Positions 9,715 through 21,094 of a stretch of DNA of 47,356 nucleotides are shown here, in pieces (the first letter of the stretch is position 1; each line of letters starts with the position of its first letter). A program made the position numbers and the translations under genes. This DNA comes from a virus. Its lineage: Duplodnaviria; Caudoviricetes. The stretch covers positions 1 through 47,356 of the IMG/VR virus record IMGVR_UViG_3300013767_000078; one strand, 5' to 3'. The notes beneath the pieces are model-generated. The model saw nothing but the letters and a program-made list of their open reading frames with translations, had not been told where the DNA came from and made no database searches.

Positions 9715-10902
9715 TCACCCCGTCGTGATCGTCACCTGGTCAGCCGTGCACGAGGCCGCTTCGTTAAACAGCAGCGCGACGTCCGGTGCACCGGCACCGC
9801 GCGGTCCGGTGAGCGTCAAACTGACGATCTTGAAAGTGTTGCCGCCAAGAATCGCCTTCGCCGCGGAGATGCAGTTGTCCCACTCGACCGCCTGCGCATC
9901 GCCTCCGCCGATCGCCACGGCCGTGATGTATGCGGCAATCGCAACCTGCATCGCGACACCGATCGCGCTCGTGTATCCGGGCAGTGCACGGATCGCCACG
10001 ACAGCCGACACGGGTGCATCGGTCGATCGGAAGAAATTGATCTTCACCGGCATCCCGTACCGGTTCGTCGTAACTATCGTGGTGGTGCCATACGTGCCAC
10101 CTCCGGGCGTCTTCTTGACGGCAATCGCGTTCGCGATCGCAGTCGCATCGCCCCCCTCGACGACAAGCGTGATCGAATGCGACGGAATGCCGTTTGCATC
10201 CGTCACGTTCGTGTCGTTCTCGTAGGGCGCGTAGCGCGTCACACCCGGCAGGTTCGCGACCGCGCCAACGATCCCGTCGAGCACGGTCTGCGATGGGAGA
10301 GCAGTCGACACCGTCTGCCGCGCGCGCAGCGCGGCATCCGTTTCGACCGGCGCCCCGAGAGATGCGTCCGACGCATTGGTGACCGACTGCCAGCCGCGCG
10401 TCGGCGTGCCGATCTGGTTGATCGTGCCGGCCAGCGCCGCAACCGCGCCGATCGTCGTGCATACGGCTGTCACCGTGATCTGGCCGGCCGGCGGGATCGT
10501 GACGGTAGCCGGAAGCGCCCACTGGTTGTTGTTCCCGTCCTTCGCGATCCCGTTCGCGATCGTCGTGCCGGCCTGTCCGACCAGCGTCAGGTCGGCGCTC
10601 GAGTACGACGGCGCCTCGCGCTGGATCCCGTTGATCTTCACGTTGCTCGACAGCGCCGCGCCGACCGCCTTGGCCGGGCTGAACGAGTTGTAGATCCCGA
10701 TCGAAACGGCGTTGCAGTCGGCGATCGCCTGAGCGAACACGGCGAGCAGCTGACCGTCCTGGCTGTCGGGATCGATGTAGACGTCCGTCCCATAGATCGC
10801 CTGGTACTTCGCCTGGAAGTACGCGTATACGTCCGCATACGTCGGCGCGGTGATGCCGTTCGCGTCGATGGTCGCCGCGACAGTGGTGAGCGTCGTCGTC
10901 AC
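9715..10902 (-). CDS. Baseplate J / gp47-like protein
   Basis: PDSQDGQ, ETDAALRARQ, YENDT, HSI..VVEGGD...IA; GTG start overlapping the upstream TGA. Confidence 0.85.
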   Translation of the reverse strand: MTTTLTTVAATIDANGITAPTYADVYAYFQAKYQAIYGTDVYIDPDSQDGQLLAVFAQAIADCNAVSIGIYNSFSPAKAVGAALSSNVKINGIQREAPSYSSADLTLVGQAGTTIANGIAKDGNNNQWALPATVTIPPAGQITVTAVCTTIGAVAALAGTINQIGTPTRGWQSVTNASDASLGAPVETDAALRARQTVSTALPSQTVLDGIVGAVANLPGVTRYAPYENDTNVTDANGIPSHSITLVVEGGDATAIANAIAVKKTPGGGTYGTTTIVTTNRYGMPVKINFFRSTDAPVSAVVAIRALPGYTSAIGVAMQVAIAAYITAVAIGGGDAQAVEWDNCISAAKAILGGNTFKIVSLTLTGPRGAGAPDVALLFNEAASCTADQVTITTG

Positions 10903-11252
10903 AGGGTGGTCTCGATTGTGGTGGTGCCGTAGAGCGTCGTGATCGTCACGGTGACGGTCAGCTTCCGAGTTGTGCTGTCCAGCGAGCTCGCATACGCAGT
11001 GATCTCGGTGACGCCGGTCGTGCCGAGGATGCAGGTGCGAATCGCCGCGTCGGCGGTGCCCTGAGTGTTCCTGCCGATCACGGCGGACTCCCACGGCATG
11101 CCGACGGTGGTGTCGAGGAACCACTCACCGCGATGTAGCCGCAGGCGCGTCAGAACGGCCTGCGCGACTGCCTCGGGCGTGTTCACGAGGAAGTCGGCCG
11201 CGCTCCCGCCGAAGACGAAATCGCCGTCAGCGTCGAGTTTTCGGTATCGCAT
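10899..11252 (-). CDS. Baseplate wedge / sheath initiator (gp25/gp46-like)
   Basis: MRYRKLD..GD..FG, AQAV.TRL.L..GEWFLD...G.PW. Confidence 0.75.
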   Translation of the reverse strand: MRYRKLDADGDFVFGGSAADFLVNTPEAVAQAVLTRLRLHRGEWFLDTTVGMPWESAVIGRNTQGTADAAIRTCILGTTGVTEITAYASSLDSTTRKLTVTVTITTLYGTTTIETTL

Positions 11253-11259
11253 GGGAACC

Positions 11260-12021
11260 TCAGTTGACGGGGCCGGTGTTGCCGCCCTCTCCGTTCGGGT
11301 GCGTGTGCGTGTCGTCGATCACCTTCCCGTTCGCCGTCAGGCGCCCGATGAAGTTGATCGTGCCGGTTATCGTCGCGGCGACGCCTTCTGCGGCGCTGCC
11401 GATCAACCCTGCCAGGAACGTGAAGACGCCTTCAACGGTAAGCGCGCCGGTGAACGTCGATTCAGGCGAATTCACCCTCATCGTCGGTGCATCAATTTCC
11501 AGGCCGCCCGGCGCGACCAGCTTCAGCGTGCCGGCCCCCGGGTTCAGATCGATGTACGTCGCGCCGTCGTCGCTGCGCAACTGCGTCGACGACGTGCTGA
11601 CATTGGCCAGGACGCGCGGCTTCGATCGAAAGCCGAGTAGCGCGAACCCGTCCGACAGGTCGTGCATACGCCATTCAGCCTGCTCCTGCACGCCGCCTGA
11701 CTGCCACCACGCGTCGATGCAGCGCGAGGCAAACACGACCAGGCATTCGTCTCCGGGAGCGACCGGGAAGGTCAGCGTACAATTCCCGCCAGACGGGAAC
11801 TGCACCGGGCAGTTAACGACAGGCGGCAACGCGGCGGTCGTGACCGTGCCGTCGTTGGCCCGGACCGGAACCTTGATCGCCAGCTGAACGGCGCACGTCT
11901 GTGAATCGCCGTCGAACGACTCGATCACGCCGGGCAATGCCGTCCACATGCCGACCTGCCAGCCGCGCAGCATCGCGCGCAACGAGGCCAGCTCGTCGTC
12001 GACTCGTTCTTTTCGATCCAT
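11260..12021 (-). CDS. Baseplate central spike (gp138/gpV-like)
   Basis: TALPG.I.SFD, PV..GDECLVVFA.RCID.WW, R.HDLSD and C-terminal HTH iron-binding tip; start MDRKERV. Confidence 0.85.
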   Translation of the reverse strand: MDRKERVDDELASLRAMLRGWQVGMWTALPGVIESFDGDSQTCAVQLAIKVPVRANDGTVTTAALPPVVNCPVQFPSGGNCTLTFPVAPGDECLVVFASRCIDAWWQSGGVQEQAEWRMHDLSDGFALLGFRSKPRVLANVSTSSTQLRSDDGATYIDLNPGAGTLKLVAPGGLEIDAPTMRVNSPESTFTGALTVEGVFTFLAGLIGSAAEGVAATITGTINFIGRLTANGKVIDDTHTHPNGEGGNTGPVN

Positions 12022-12032
12022 GGGGGTAAGAC

Positions 12033-12479
12033 GTGAAGAAAATTGTTGGAACCTTATTTCTGACTGCCTTGATGCAAGTCGGCATTGCATATGCAGCCGA
12101 TCCCGAAGCTTATGTCTTGGCAGATAAGCCATCGACATATGGGGCAATTCCCCAATCGACCATGATCTACGCACTGATGCTGCATCGCCCTTGCAAAATG
12201 CCGATTGCAAATGCTCGCAACCTGAAAGAAGCTCGAATTTTCAACAACCGCCGACACCCAGATCGCTTTGATGTTGGGTGCTGGGGAATCACGCTAGATC
12301 CATCGCATGCCGAGGCGGTGGTGATCGGCCCCACTGGCACTGTATCTTCAGGTATGGCATTGACGGCATTCGTGCGCGCAACAATCAATCGCGATGGCGA
12401 CGGGACAGAAATCGGGCCGGCAATGACGCAAGAGGAGTACCGCCGAAATATCGATGCGTATGAAAAATCGATCCGCTAA
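12033..12479 (+). CDS. Antisense accessory (moron-like) exported protein
   Basis: 148 aa, GTG start, signal peptide MKKIVGTLFLTALMQVGIAYA|A, lower GC, opposite strand within the tail operon. Confidence 0.7.
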   Translation: MKKIVGTLFLTALMQVGIAYAADPEAYVLADKPSTYGAIPQSTMIYALMLHRPCKMPIANARNLKEARIFNNRRHPDRFDVGCWGITLDPSHAEAVVIGPTGTVSSGMALTAFVRATINRDGDGTEIGPAMTQEEYRRNIDAYEKSIR

Positions 12480-13465
12480 CCGTATGGATTGATCGCGCCT
12501 AGCTTAGGCGGGACCGGGCCGCTTACCCCTTGCACTGATTTATTAAATAAATCTTTGTCTAGAACAGTAGCGTCAACAGCGAGGCAAATAACCTCGTTGT
12601 ACCAGTCGTTTCCGCGTGTATCGCCCCAGAATTCATTCGACATTACATAATAAAAACCGTCTCCGGCGATCTTGTTTTGCAAGGCCGTATTGCGATTCGA
12701 GGCATCCTCGGTAAAGTTCAAACTGAACTCATACCGCTGGATGCTCGAGTTGTCGAGCTGGATCAGGCGACCGATCTTCACCCCCGGGTTGAGCAGCATC
12801 CTCACGGTGATGCCGTTCGCCGTCTGTTCCGGCATCCCGACCATCCCCGATTTCGCATTGATCACGGGAATCTCACCGGGCGCGTACGACGTCTCAGGAA
12901 CGATCTGCAACTGCCCGTCCTGGATCGACCAGAGCGTCTGCGTAGAACGCGCCACCGTCTCCAGATGATCGCGCGCCATGCCGAACAGCACTTTGCCGCG
13001 CGGCAGCGGGTTCGACGGCAGTTCCGCGATGTAACCGGCGGTCACGCCGAACGTCCCCATCGCCTTCAGGCATGCATCGACGACATCAGCCTGCGTCGCG
13101 CCGGCCGCCAGCGTCGTGTTCACCACGGCGAAGTTGTACGCCATGTCGCCATCGGCTGCCGTGATGTCCATGTAGGTGTCGGTCGGGCTCTCGCGCCCGC
13201 GTCGCACCTGGATGATTGAGCCGTCGAAGATGATGCCGTAGTTGCCCTCGTAGCCCGCCTGCAGAACGATCCGGGTGAACTCCTTGCTCTCGGCGCGCTG
13301 AGCGGTGTTATCTGACACGTTGTAGACGCGCGCGCGCAACGAATTCGGCGTCTGCGTGTCACCTCGCTGCACGCGGAATACGATGCGCAGGCCGGACAAA
13401 TCGAGTGCATCGCCCGCGTCCGGCCCGATGATCAGCGATACCTTGCGTCCGAACTGTTCAGCCAT
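12476..13465 (-). CDS. Baseplate hub protein
   Basis: RVYN.S, L.AGY...G.IF.G, I.A.DGD.AY, PRGK...G, WSIQDG, GM.G.P; position in the tail module. Confidence 0.8.
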   Translation of the reverse strand: MAEQFGRKVSLIIGPDAGDALDLSGLRIVFRVQRGDTQTPNSLRARVYNVSDNTAQRAESKEFTRIVLQAGYEGNYGIIFDGSIIQVRRGRESPTDTYMDITAADGDMAYNFAVVNTTLAAGATQADVVDACLKAMGTFGVTAGYIAELPSNPLPRGKVLFGMARDHLETVARSTQTLWSIQDGQLQIVPETSYAPGEIPVINAKSGMVGMPEQTANGITVRMLLNPGVKIGRLIQLDNSSIQRYEFSLNFTEDASNRNTALQNKIAGDGFYYVMSNEFWGDTRGNDWYNEVICLAVDATVLDKDLFNKSVQGVSGPVPPKLGAINPYG

Positions 13466-13779
13466 CAGTCTGTCACCCAGAAAACATGTGAGCCGACACC
13501 CAGGTCGTCGAACGTCGGCACATCGTCAGGGCTCGCCGCGCCCTGCACCCATAAACGGCCACCGAAGCCGAGATATCCGAACTGCCCCAACAGGTCGGTT
13601 CCCGTCACCAACGGGATGCCGCTGACCAACAGGTTGCCGCTCGCGTCGGCAACATCGAGGATCCAGCCTGTTCCGCCGGCCGCTCGATACTGGACCGTCA
13701 ACTGATAGATGACACCGCTCAGCGTGACGGTGAACGTCTGTGGGTCGGGCGTCAGCGGGATTTCGTAGAACGTCGTCAT
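13465..13779 (-). CDS. Small baseplate (plug-like) protein
   Basis: MTTFYEIPL...Q.F...L, W.LD, GIPLVTG.DLL.Q..YLG; start reassigned. Confidence 0.7.
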   Translation of the reverse strand: MTTFYEIPLTPDPQTFTVTLSGVIYQLTVQYRAAGGTGWILDVADASGNLLVSGIPLVTGTDLLGQFGYLGFGGRLWVQGAASPDDVPTFDDLGVGSHVFWVTD

Positions 13780-14378
13780 CACATGCTCGTCGGTGGAACC
13801 GATCCGCCCGGCGCCGGCGTCGCCGGCACGGCCGACTTCGCACCTGCGTTCTGGGTCTCGGCGGTGGCGGCCGGGTTCGCCTGGTTCGCGCGCGGCGGCA
13901 GTTTCGTCGCCTGCGTGCTCACGATGATCACCTGCTTCAACGACGCCGTGAGCATCAACGCCGAGCCGGACTTCTGGTCGGTGACGACCGACAGCCCAGT
14001 GATCAGCATGTTCGAGTACTTCCGGCGCGTCGTCACAACATCGACGCGCTCGCGTTTCGCCTGAATCTGCAACAGCTGGCTGTAGATCGCATCGACGTAC
14101 GTGCCGGTCGCCATCGTGTTCGCGCCGGTGTCGTCGAATGACGCGACGGCCGAGCCTAGCAACGCCTGATAGTCGGCATTGCTCCATCCGCACTTCATCA
14201 GGATCTCGCGCGGCCGCATGAACGCGTGATCGTTCACCGGCGCGCCGTTTTCGACCGGATGCTCGGTGACGATAACCTCGTCGCTGTACACCTCTTCGAT
14301 GGCGGCCGAGATCGTCACGCTCCCGATTTTCTTGCTGCCGATGAGCGTGACGTCGAGGATGTCGGAAAGCGTGCTCAC
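13779..14378 (-). CDS. Baseplate / tail-tube initiator (Dit-like) protein
   Basis: VTEHPVE.GA.VNDHA...P, Y..LL, Y.NMLI. Confidence 0.75.
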   Translation of the reverse strand: MSTLSDILDVTLIGSKKIGSVTISAAIEEVYSDEVIVTEHPVENGAPVNDHAFMRPREILMKCGWSNADYQALLGSAVASFDDTGANTMATGTYVDAIYSQLLQIQAKRERVDVVTTRRKYSNMLITGLSVVTDQKSGSALMLTASLKQVIIVSTQATKLPPRANQANPAATAETQNAGAKSAVPATPAPGGSVPPTSM

Positions 14379-16198
14379 GTCAGCGCCCCCTTCATAGTCC
14401 GGGTAGTAGCGTCCGCGACGCCCTTCTGCTCACGCGCGACCGATCGCGCCGTCGCATCGGGATCGCTGGACCCGCTCACCTGGATCTTGACGTCCTGGTT
14501 GATCTCGACGTGATTCGACGCGCCGGCCTGGGTGGCCGCCGGAGCGAGCCACTCGGGATTCTGCAGTGCGTTCGACATGATCTTCTTGAGCTTCGTGCCG
14601 TAATTGCGGTCCTCCGCGTAGACGCCGGTCAGCGCGTCGGCGAACGAAAACGCATTGCCCATCACCTTGCGGGCGTTCGCATACGGCTTTCCCTTCGCCA
14701 GCAACTGCGCGTGCGCATCGAACGCGTCCTCAAGCGTTTTGAACCGGCGGAACTTCGCCTGGTACGGCGTGCCGTCGGCCCGATGGTCAAGGCCCCATAC
14801 GAAGTCCTGACCCGCTGTCGCCTGAATGCTGAACGGGTTGTTACTCCGCTTCGAAAGGCCGCTGCTACCGAACCCACTTTCGAGCGCCCACTGCGCGAAC
14901 GTGACCAGCCAGGGCACGCCATACTTGCGCTCGGATTCCTTCGCCGCCGCGATCGCGGCGCGCACGCGGTCGATAAGACCCGGCGCGTCGAGCTTGCTGC
15001 CGCCCGTCGCCGTCGCCGGCGCGGGGGATGCAGGCGCCGAAGGAGCCGGACCTGAAGCCCCGTCGATCGTCGGCCCGAGTGCCTGCCGCCGGCGAAGTTC
15101 CTCATCCTCGCCGCTGTTCAGGTCGCTGCTGTGCAGCAGCAGTCCCAAACCGCCAGCGAGCCGCGCGGCAAACGGCAGCAGGCGGCCGAGCAACCCGCCA
15201 GCGCCCACCGCTGCGCCTGCGGTCGATGCCGCCGTCGTTGCGCCCGCCATGGCGCGCAATGCACCGACCATTTTCCAAATCCCGCCGACGATCGCGAACC
15301 CGCCGAGCATCTTGAAGATGCCAACGAGCAGCAGAAGTTTTGTCGACCACCCATCGGTCGCCTTGTCCATCTCGACAAACTCGTCCGCGAGCCACTTCAG
15401 AATCGGCCCGATAACTGTGGCCGCATCGGCGAACGCGCTCGCGATTTCACCGACGCGACGCGCAATTTCTTCGCCATGCTCATCCATCCACTTCTGGAAG
15501 TGATCGAGCTGCGGCCCGATCTTCTGCAGCATCACACCTTCGATGCGGATGCCGAGGTTCTCGAACGTCGTCCCGATCTCGCGCAGCCGGACCATGAACT
15601 TGTGCGAATCGTCGGCCGCCTTGTCGAGGCCGGTCGTGGCCGACATCTCGCGATACTGCTTCAGGAACTTATCGAAGTCCCCGTTGCGCATCGCGAGCAT
15701 CAGGTTCTCGTCGATCCCGAAGATGTTCGCGTACTGCGCCGCGCGATACGTCGGCATCTTGGCGAGCGCGCCGCCGAGATCCGACATGATGTCGACCGTA
15801 TCGCGCAACTCGCCGTTGGCGTTCCGCGTCTGCACGCCAAGCGTGCCGAGATAGCTTTCGCCCGCCGGGTTGTTGCGCAGGAAGCGCGCGAGATTCTCGA
15901 TCGTGCCGAACGCCGCGTCGGTCGATACGCCGAGGTTGCGCGCGGCGAAGTCGAACGCGCGCAGGCTCGTCGCCGCGGCACCCGTGCGCTGCGACACGAA
16001 GTACAGCCGCTCGAGCTTCGACGCGAACGCGGACACGCCCGCGCCGAGCGTGAGCGCAGCGCCGGAGATCGTAGTGATCAGGCGCGTGACGCCCTTCGTT
16101 GCACCCTCGACGCCCTCCGTGAAGTTCTTCAGGCCCTTCTCGTCGACCTTGAAGCCGAGAGCGACCAGGAACTCGCGGATGACGACCGATTCAGCCAT
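14375..16198 (-). CDS. Tape measure protein with C-terminal GH73/FlgJ-like glucosaminidase domain
   Basis: I.EFLV.LGF.VD N-terminus, helical body and TM segment; AQWALESG.G, NN.F.I.A, FR.F, YA.D..Y..KL. Confidence 0.8.
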   Translation of the reverse strand: MAESVVIREFLVALGFKVDEKGLKNFTEGVEGATKGVTRLITTISGAALTLGAGVSAFASKLERLYFVSQRTGAAATSLRAFDFAARNLGVSTDAAFGTIENLARFLRNNPAGESYLGTLGVQTRNANGELRDTVDIMSDLGGALAKMPTYRAAQYANIFGIDENLMLAMRNGDFDKFLKQYREMSATTGLDKAADDSHKFMVRLREIGTTFENLGIRIEGVMLQKIGPQLDHFQKWMDEHGEEIARRVGEIASAFADAATVIGPILKWLADEFVEMDKATDGWSTKLLLLVGIFKMLGGFAIVGGIWKMVGALRAMAGATTAASTAGAAVGAGGLLGRLLPFAARLAGGLGLLLHSSDLNSGEDEELRRRQALGPTIDGASGPAPSAPASPAPATATGGSKLDAPGLIDRVRAAIAAAKESERKYGVPWLVTFAQWALESGFGSSGLSKRSNNPFSIQATAGQDFVWGLDHRADGTPYQAKFRRFKTLEDAFDAHAQLLAKGKPYANARKVMGNAFSFADALTGVYAEDRNYGTKLKKIMSNALQNPEWLAPAATQAGASNHVEINQDVKIQVSGSSDPDATARSVAREQKGVADATTRTMKGALT

Positions 16199-16376
16199 TT
16201 TCTCTTTCCTGTCTGCGGCGCCAAGCCGCTTCGTTGTCTGCCCGGACGGTGAGTGAATCGTTCATCAGAGCGACGTCGGCCAGGTCAAGCGTCCCGTCCT
16301 TCAAGGACTCGAACCGGCACATCTGCGCGTGCACGGGCGCGAGCAGCCAGTCCTCGCCGCCGGGCAGCGACTTCAA
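16191..16376 (-). CDS. Tail assembly chaperone C-terminal (gpT-like) ORF
   Basis: LPGGEDWLL.PV, LKDG.LDL.D.ALMND; lies in the -1 frame relative to the upstream chaperone and directly precedes the tape measure gene. Confidence 0.7.
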   Translation of the reverse strand: MKSLPGGEDWLLAPVHAQMCRFESLKDGTLDLADVALMNDSLTVRADNEAAWRRRQERENG

Positions 16377-16906
16377 ACAGCCGTAGTCGCCGCCGGGCTG
16401 CTCGCTTGGCTGGTAAGCAGCCCGTTGATAAAAGGGCCGAGGTTCTCGACCACGACGCGCACGACCAGCGGCAGCATGGACCCCATGTCCATATCGTCGA
16501 ACAGCGACGTCTTATGGGCAGCCGACCAGACCTTCGCCCAGCCGTTCTGATGCTGCCGCTCGACCACCGACAGACACGTTCCGAAGACGTACTCGGCATC
16601 CTCGTCCTTCAGGCCGGCGAGCGCATCGGCGAACGGCTGCAGCACCGGTGCGATCGAGTCGACCAGACCCAGCACGTCACGCTGCTCGGCTGCGGCCCCA
16701 GCTCCGCCAGCGTTGGCCGCGAGCGCGGCGAGAGCCGCATTCGCGGTCGCGTTGCGCGTGCGCTCGATCTCCGCATAGAACTTCATCAGGACCGGGATCA
16801 TCGACGGGATGATCGGCGCGATGCGCCGGCTCACGTGGAACTGCTGCATCGCGTTCAAGCGCCCGATCTGGTACCGCTTGCCGCTCAGTTGGATTTCGGT
16901 CGCCAT
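16373..16906 (-). CDS. Tail assembly chaperone (gpG-like)
   Basis: Y.IG.L.A..QFHVSRRIAP; between tube and tape measure; start MATEIQ. Confidence 0.8.
   Translation of the reverse strand: MATEIQLSGKRYQIGRLNAMQQFHVSRRIAPIIPSMIPVLMKFYAEIERTRNATANAALAALAANAGGAGAAAEQRDVLGLVDSIAPVLQPFADALAGLKDEDAEYVFGTCLSVVERQHQNGWAKVWSAAHKTSLFDDMDMGSMLPLVVRVVVENLGPFINGLLTSQASSPAATTAV
16430..16436 (-). other. Putative -1 programmed frameshift slippery site C CCT TTT
   Basis: In-frame X XXY YYZ heptamer (GGC CCT TTT); the -1 frame stays open from there into ORF 16191-16376. Confidence 0.65.
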
Positions 16907-16908
16907 GA

Positions 16909-17349
16909 TCAGTACGTCCCGAGCAGGCTGTCGATCTTGATCGAGTCGAAGATCCACTCGACGATGTCGCCGTCCTTCGCATAGCGCAGGTCCGGCGCCT
17001 TCTTGAACGCGCAGCTGCGCGCCGTGATGACGTCGCCGGCCGCCGTCTGCGATACCTCGATCAGGTTCTTACCCCACAGGGCGCTCGACAGCGACTGCGC
17101 GTCATACATCGCCATCAGCTTGGCGTTGATGGGAGCCGTCTTCAGGTAACGCAGCGTCACCTGGCCGGACTTGTCGGCATGCAGGCTATGCATGCCCTCG
17201 CCGTCGGAACCGATGGTCATCGTGTTCTTGTCGCCGGCGCGCGTGATCACGATGCCCTCTTCGGCCGTGGCTTCGCCGTAGCCGAGCGAGAAAACGCCCG
17301 TCGGCCCGACGATCGTCGCCGTGACGTCCACAAAGCTGTAGGTGCTCAT
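16909..17349 (-). CDS. Tail tube protein (DUF3277-like)
   Basis: M.TYSF.DV, G...AEEGI, NTMTIG.DGE.MHSL; directly follows the sheath. Confidence 0.8.
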   Translation of the reverse strand: MSTYSFVDVTATIVGPTGVFSLGYGEATAEEGIVITRAGDKNTMTIGSDGEGMHSLHADKSGQVTLRYLKTAPINAKLMAMYDAQSLSSALWGKNLIEVSQTAAGDVITARSCAFKKAPDLRYAKDGDIVEWIFDSIKIDSLLGTY

Positions 17350-17364
17350 GGTGTTTTTCTTCCT

Positions 17365-19185
<1,821 letters not shown>

Positions 19186-19776
19186 CTACAGGTTGACGTT
19201 TATGGTGGATGTGACCGGCGGCGACGCGTCTGTCGTCGTCGACGCCTGCACGGACTTCAGGTTCAGGACCGCGTAGGTGCGCGTGACTTTGCGGCGCAGC
19301 TTCACGGACATGTCGTACCGCCGCACCCATTGCTGGTTGACCAGGTCCGGTGCTGCGCGGATCTCGGAAACGCCTACGAACGCCATGTCGAGCAGCTGGA
19401 GCTGTTCGCGGTTCTGCGGGAGCGAGAGACCATCGGCGAGCCGCTGCGCGTAGCCCTTGGCCTGCGGGCCGTAGAACGTGCAGAGCACGTCGAGATCCTG
19501 ATGGCGGATGTATGTGTCGCTGCCCTCGTTCGCGCCGTTGTGGACGATCGCTGGGCTCGCGTCCGGTGTCTGCGTCTGGATGCCGAACGCGCACCAGTTC
19601 ACGCTGGGCTCGGGCTGCTTCGCGACGACCGGTTGCCAGCGCGGCCGCACGAGGTCGGGAGACAGGGCCGTGACACCCGCGACCAGGTCGTGCACCAGGT
19701 CGTCGAGGGCATCATCCTCGTCCGGCGGCGTATCGACGGCTGGCGCCAGGTATCCGCCGGTCGAGCTGTCGGTCAT
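19186..19776 (-). CDS. Tail terminator / neck protein
   Basis: S.TGGYL.P, VRPRWQ, FYGP, QN...L, W.RRYD; position. Confidence 0.7.
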   Translation of the reverse strand: MTDSSTGGYLAPAVDTPPDEDDALDDLVHDLVAGVTALSPDLVRPRWQPVVAKQPEPSVNWCAFGIQTQTPDASPAIVHNGANEGSDTYIRHQDLDVLCTFYGPQAKGYAQRLADGLSLPQNREQLQLLDMAFVGVSEIRAAPDLVNQQWVRRYDMSVKLRRKVTRTYAVLNLKSVQASTTTDASPPVTSTINVNL

Positions 19777-19780
19777 GGAG

Positions 19781-20152
19781 TCATCCGGAAAGAGGTTTCA
19801 GGTCGCACGTCGCGCAGACGAAGCCGCGGCCGAAATGCGAATAGTCGTTCACGTTGACGACGGTGTAGGTGCGCCCGGCCCAGATCACCTCGTCGGCGTC
19901 CTGCCCGGGGCTGCCGTCCATCAGGCGAAACATCGTGTGCAGCATGATCGAGCCGATGATTCGGCTGCCATCCGCGTTGCGGTGCAGGATGTCGCCCTTG
20001 TCGCTCGTCACGACAGCCGCGAACGTGGTCGCCGTGGGCGCGTTCTGGCCGCGCCCATGCGCGTCGACGGTCTGCGTCATGCGATTGCAGACCAGACCGG
20101 TGTCCATGAAATCGGGATCGAGCAGGACTTCGGTAACGTCGAGGAAAGCCAT
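19781..20152 (-). CDS. Head closure / head-tail joining protein
   Basis: LDV.EVLLDPDF, D...W.G..Y.V..V.DYS.FG.GF. Confidence 0.65.
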   Translation of the reverse strand: MAFLDVTEVLLDPDFMDTGLVCNRMTQTVDAHGRGQNAPTATTFAAVVTSDKGDILHRNADGSRIIGSIMLHTMFRLMDGSPGQDADEVIWAGRTYTVVNVNDYSHFGRGFVCATCDLKPLSG

Positions 20153-20155
20153 GCG

Positions 20156-20638
20156 CTACCCCTTCTTGCGGATCACGTACGTGATCGAATTGCGGTACTG
20201 ACCGGTGTCGACCAGCGTGTTCTCGCGCGTGACGCCGCGCCGGCGCCGCGCTTCGAGCGTCGATTCCGCGAGCTGCGGCGCGATGTTGCTGTTGACCTTC
20301 GCGCGCACGGAGTTCTGCGCTGCGATGCCGGCCATGTTCAGCCGGCGCTGGACCTGTTCGAGGTCGCCGTCGAGCGCCGCTTCGACGCCCTTCTGCAGCT
20401 GCGGCTCGAACTTCGGCCGCGCGTCCTGCACGCCGGGCACGAGGTGCGGGCGCGCGGGGATGTTGTTCGCTGGGGATCCAGTCTCCTGGATATAACCGAT
20501 CTCGGCATTGCTGAGCGGCTCGCCGTCGTCCTTGCGACCGGCCGTGCTATCGGGCACGCCGACGAGCACTTCCTGCTTCACGAGACCGGCGATGGACTTC
20601 AGCACCTCGTCGAGGCGGTCGATTTTCATGCTGCCCAT
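20156..20638 (-). CDS. Neck / tail completion protein
   Basis: V.VGVP, NA.I.Y..E.G....IP.RP, L.DTG..R.SITY. Confidence 0.7.
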   Translation of the reverse strand: MGSMKIDRLDEVLKSIAGLVKQEVLVGVPDSTAGRKDDGEPLSNAEIGYIQETGSPANNIPARPHLVPGVQDARPKFEPQLQKGVEAALDGDLEQVQRRLNMAGIAAQNSVRAKVNSNIAPQLAESTLEARRRRGVTRENTLVDTGQYRNSITYVIRKKG

Positions 20639-20666
20639 GGGATTCTCCCGACGGGCAGCGGCGGCG

Positions 20667-21050
20667 CTACAGCTGCATGCCGCCCGCGCCCATCATCATC
20701 GCGAGACTGAGATAGAGGATTCCGTACATGGTGCTGTTCCAGAATCCACCGTCCTTGATGGCGACGGCAGCTGTGTCGTAGCTGGCGCTCACCTTGTCGA
20801 CGGACTTCGCCGACTGCGGCCCGGTCACCTGCCCGGGTACGGCGCCGACGGCGGCCGCGTTCTGATCGCGCATCGACAGCGCGACATGGTGTGCAGTACA
20901 GAGCCCGATGCCGATGTCGGTCAGCTCCTGCCAGCGGTCCGGGTTCACTAGCGACACGGACACGGTCAGCCAGATCTGGATGACCGCGTCGGGGTACAGC
21001 GTCGAATTCGAGAATTCGGGGAACGTCTGGCGGAACTGAGCGATGTCCAC
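20667..21050 (-). CDS. Head-tail adaptor (DUF4054-like)
   Basis: FR..FPEF, L..AH, KSV..VS.SYD, W..T.YG. Confidence 0.75.
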   Translation of the reverse strand: MDIAQFRQTFPEFSNSTLYPDAVIQIWLTVSVSLVNPDRWQELTDIGIGLCTAHHVALSMRDQNAAAVGAVPGQVTGPQSAKSVDKVSASYDTAAVAIKDGGFWNSTMYGILYLSLAMMMGAGGMQL

Positions 21051-21083
21051 GGGTCACCTTCGGTTGGAGATGGTGGGCGCGCC

Positions 21084-21094
21084 GGGGGGGGGGG
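21084..21094 (+). repeat. G11 homopolymer, intergenic
   Basis: Eleven consecutive G between ORFs 20667-21050 and 21112-21549. Confidence 0.85.
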
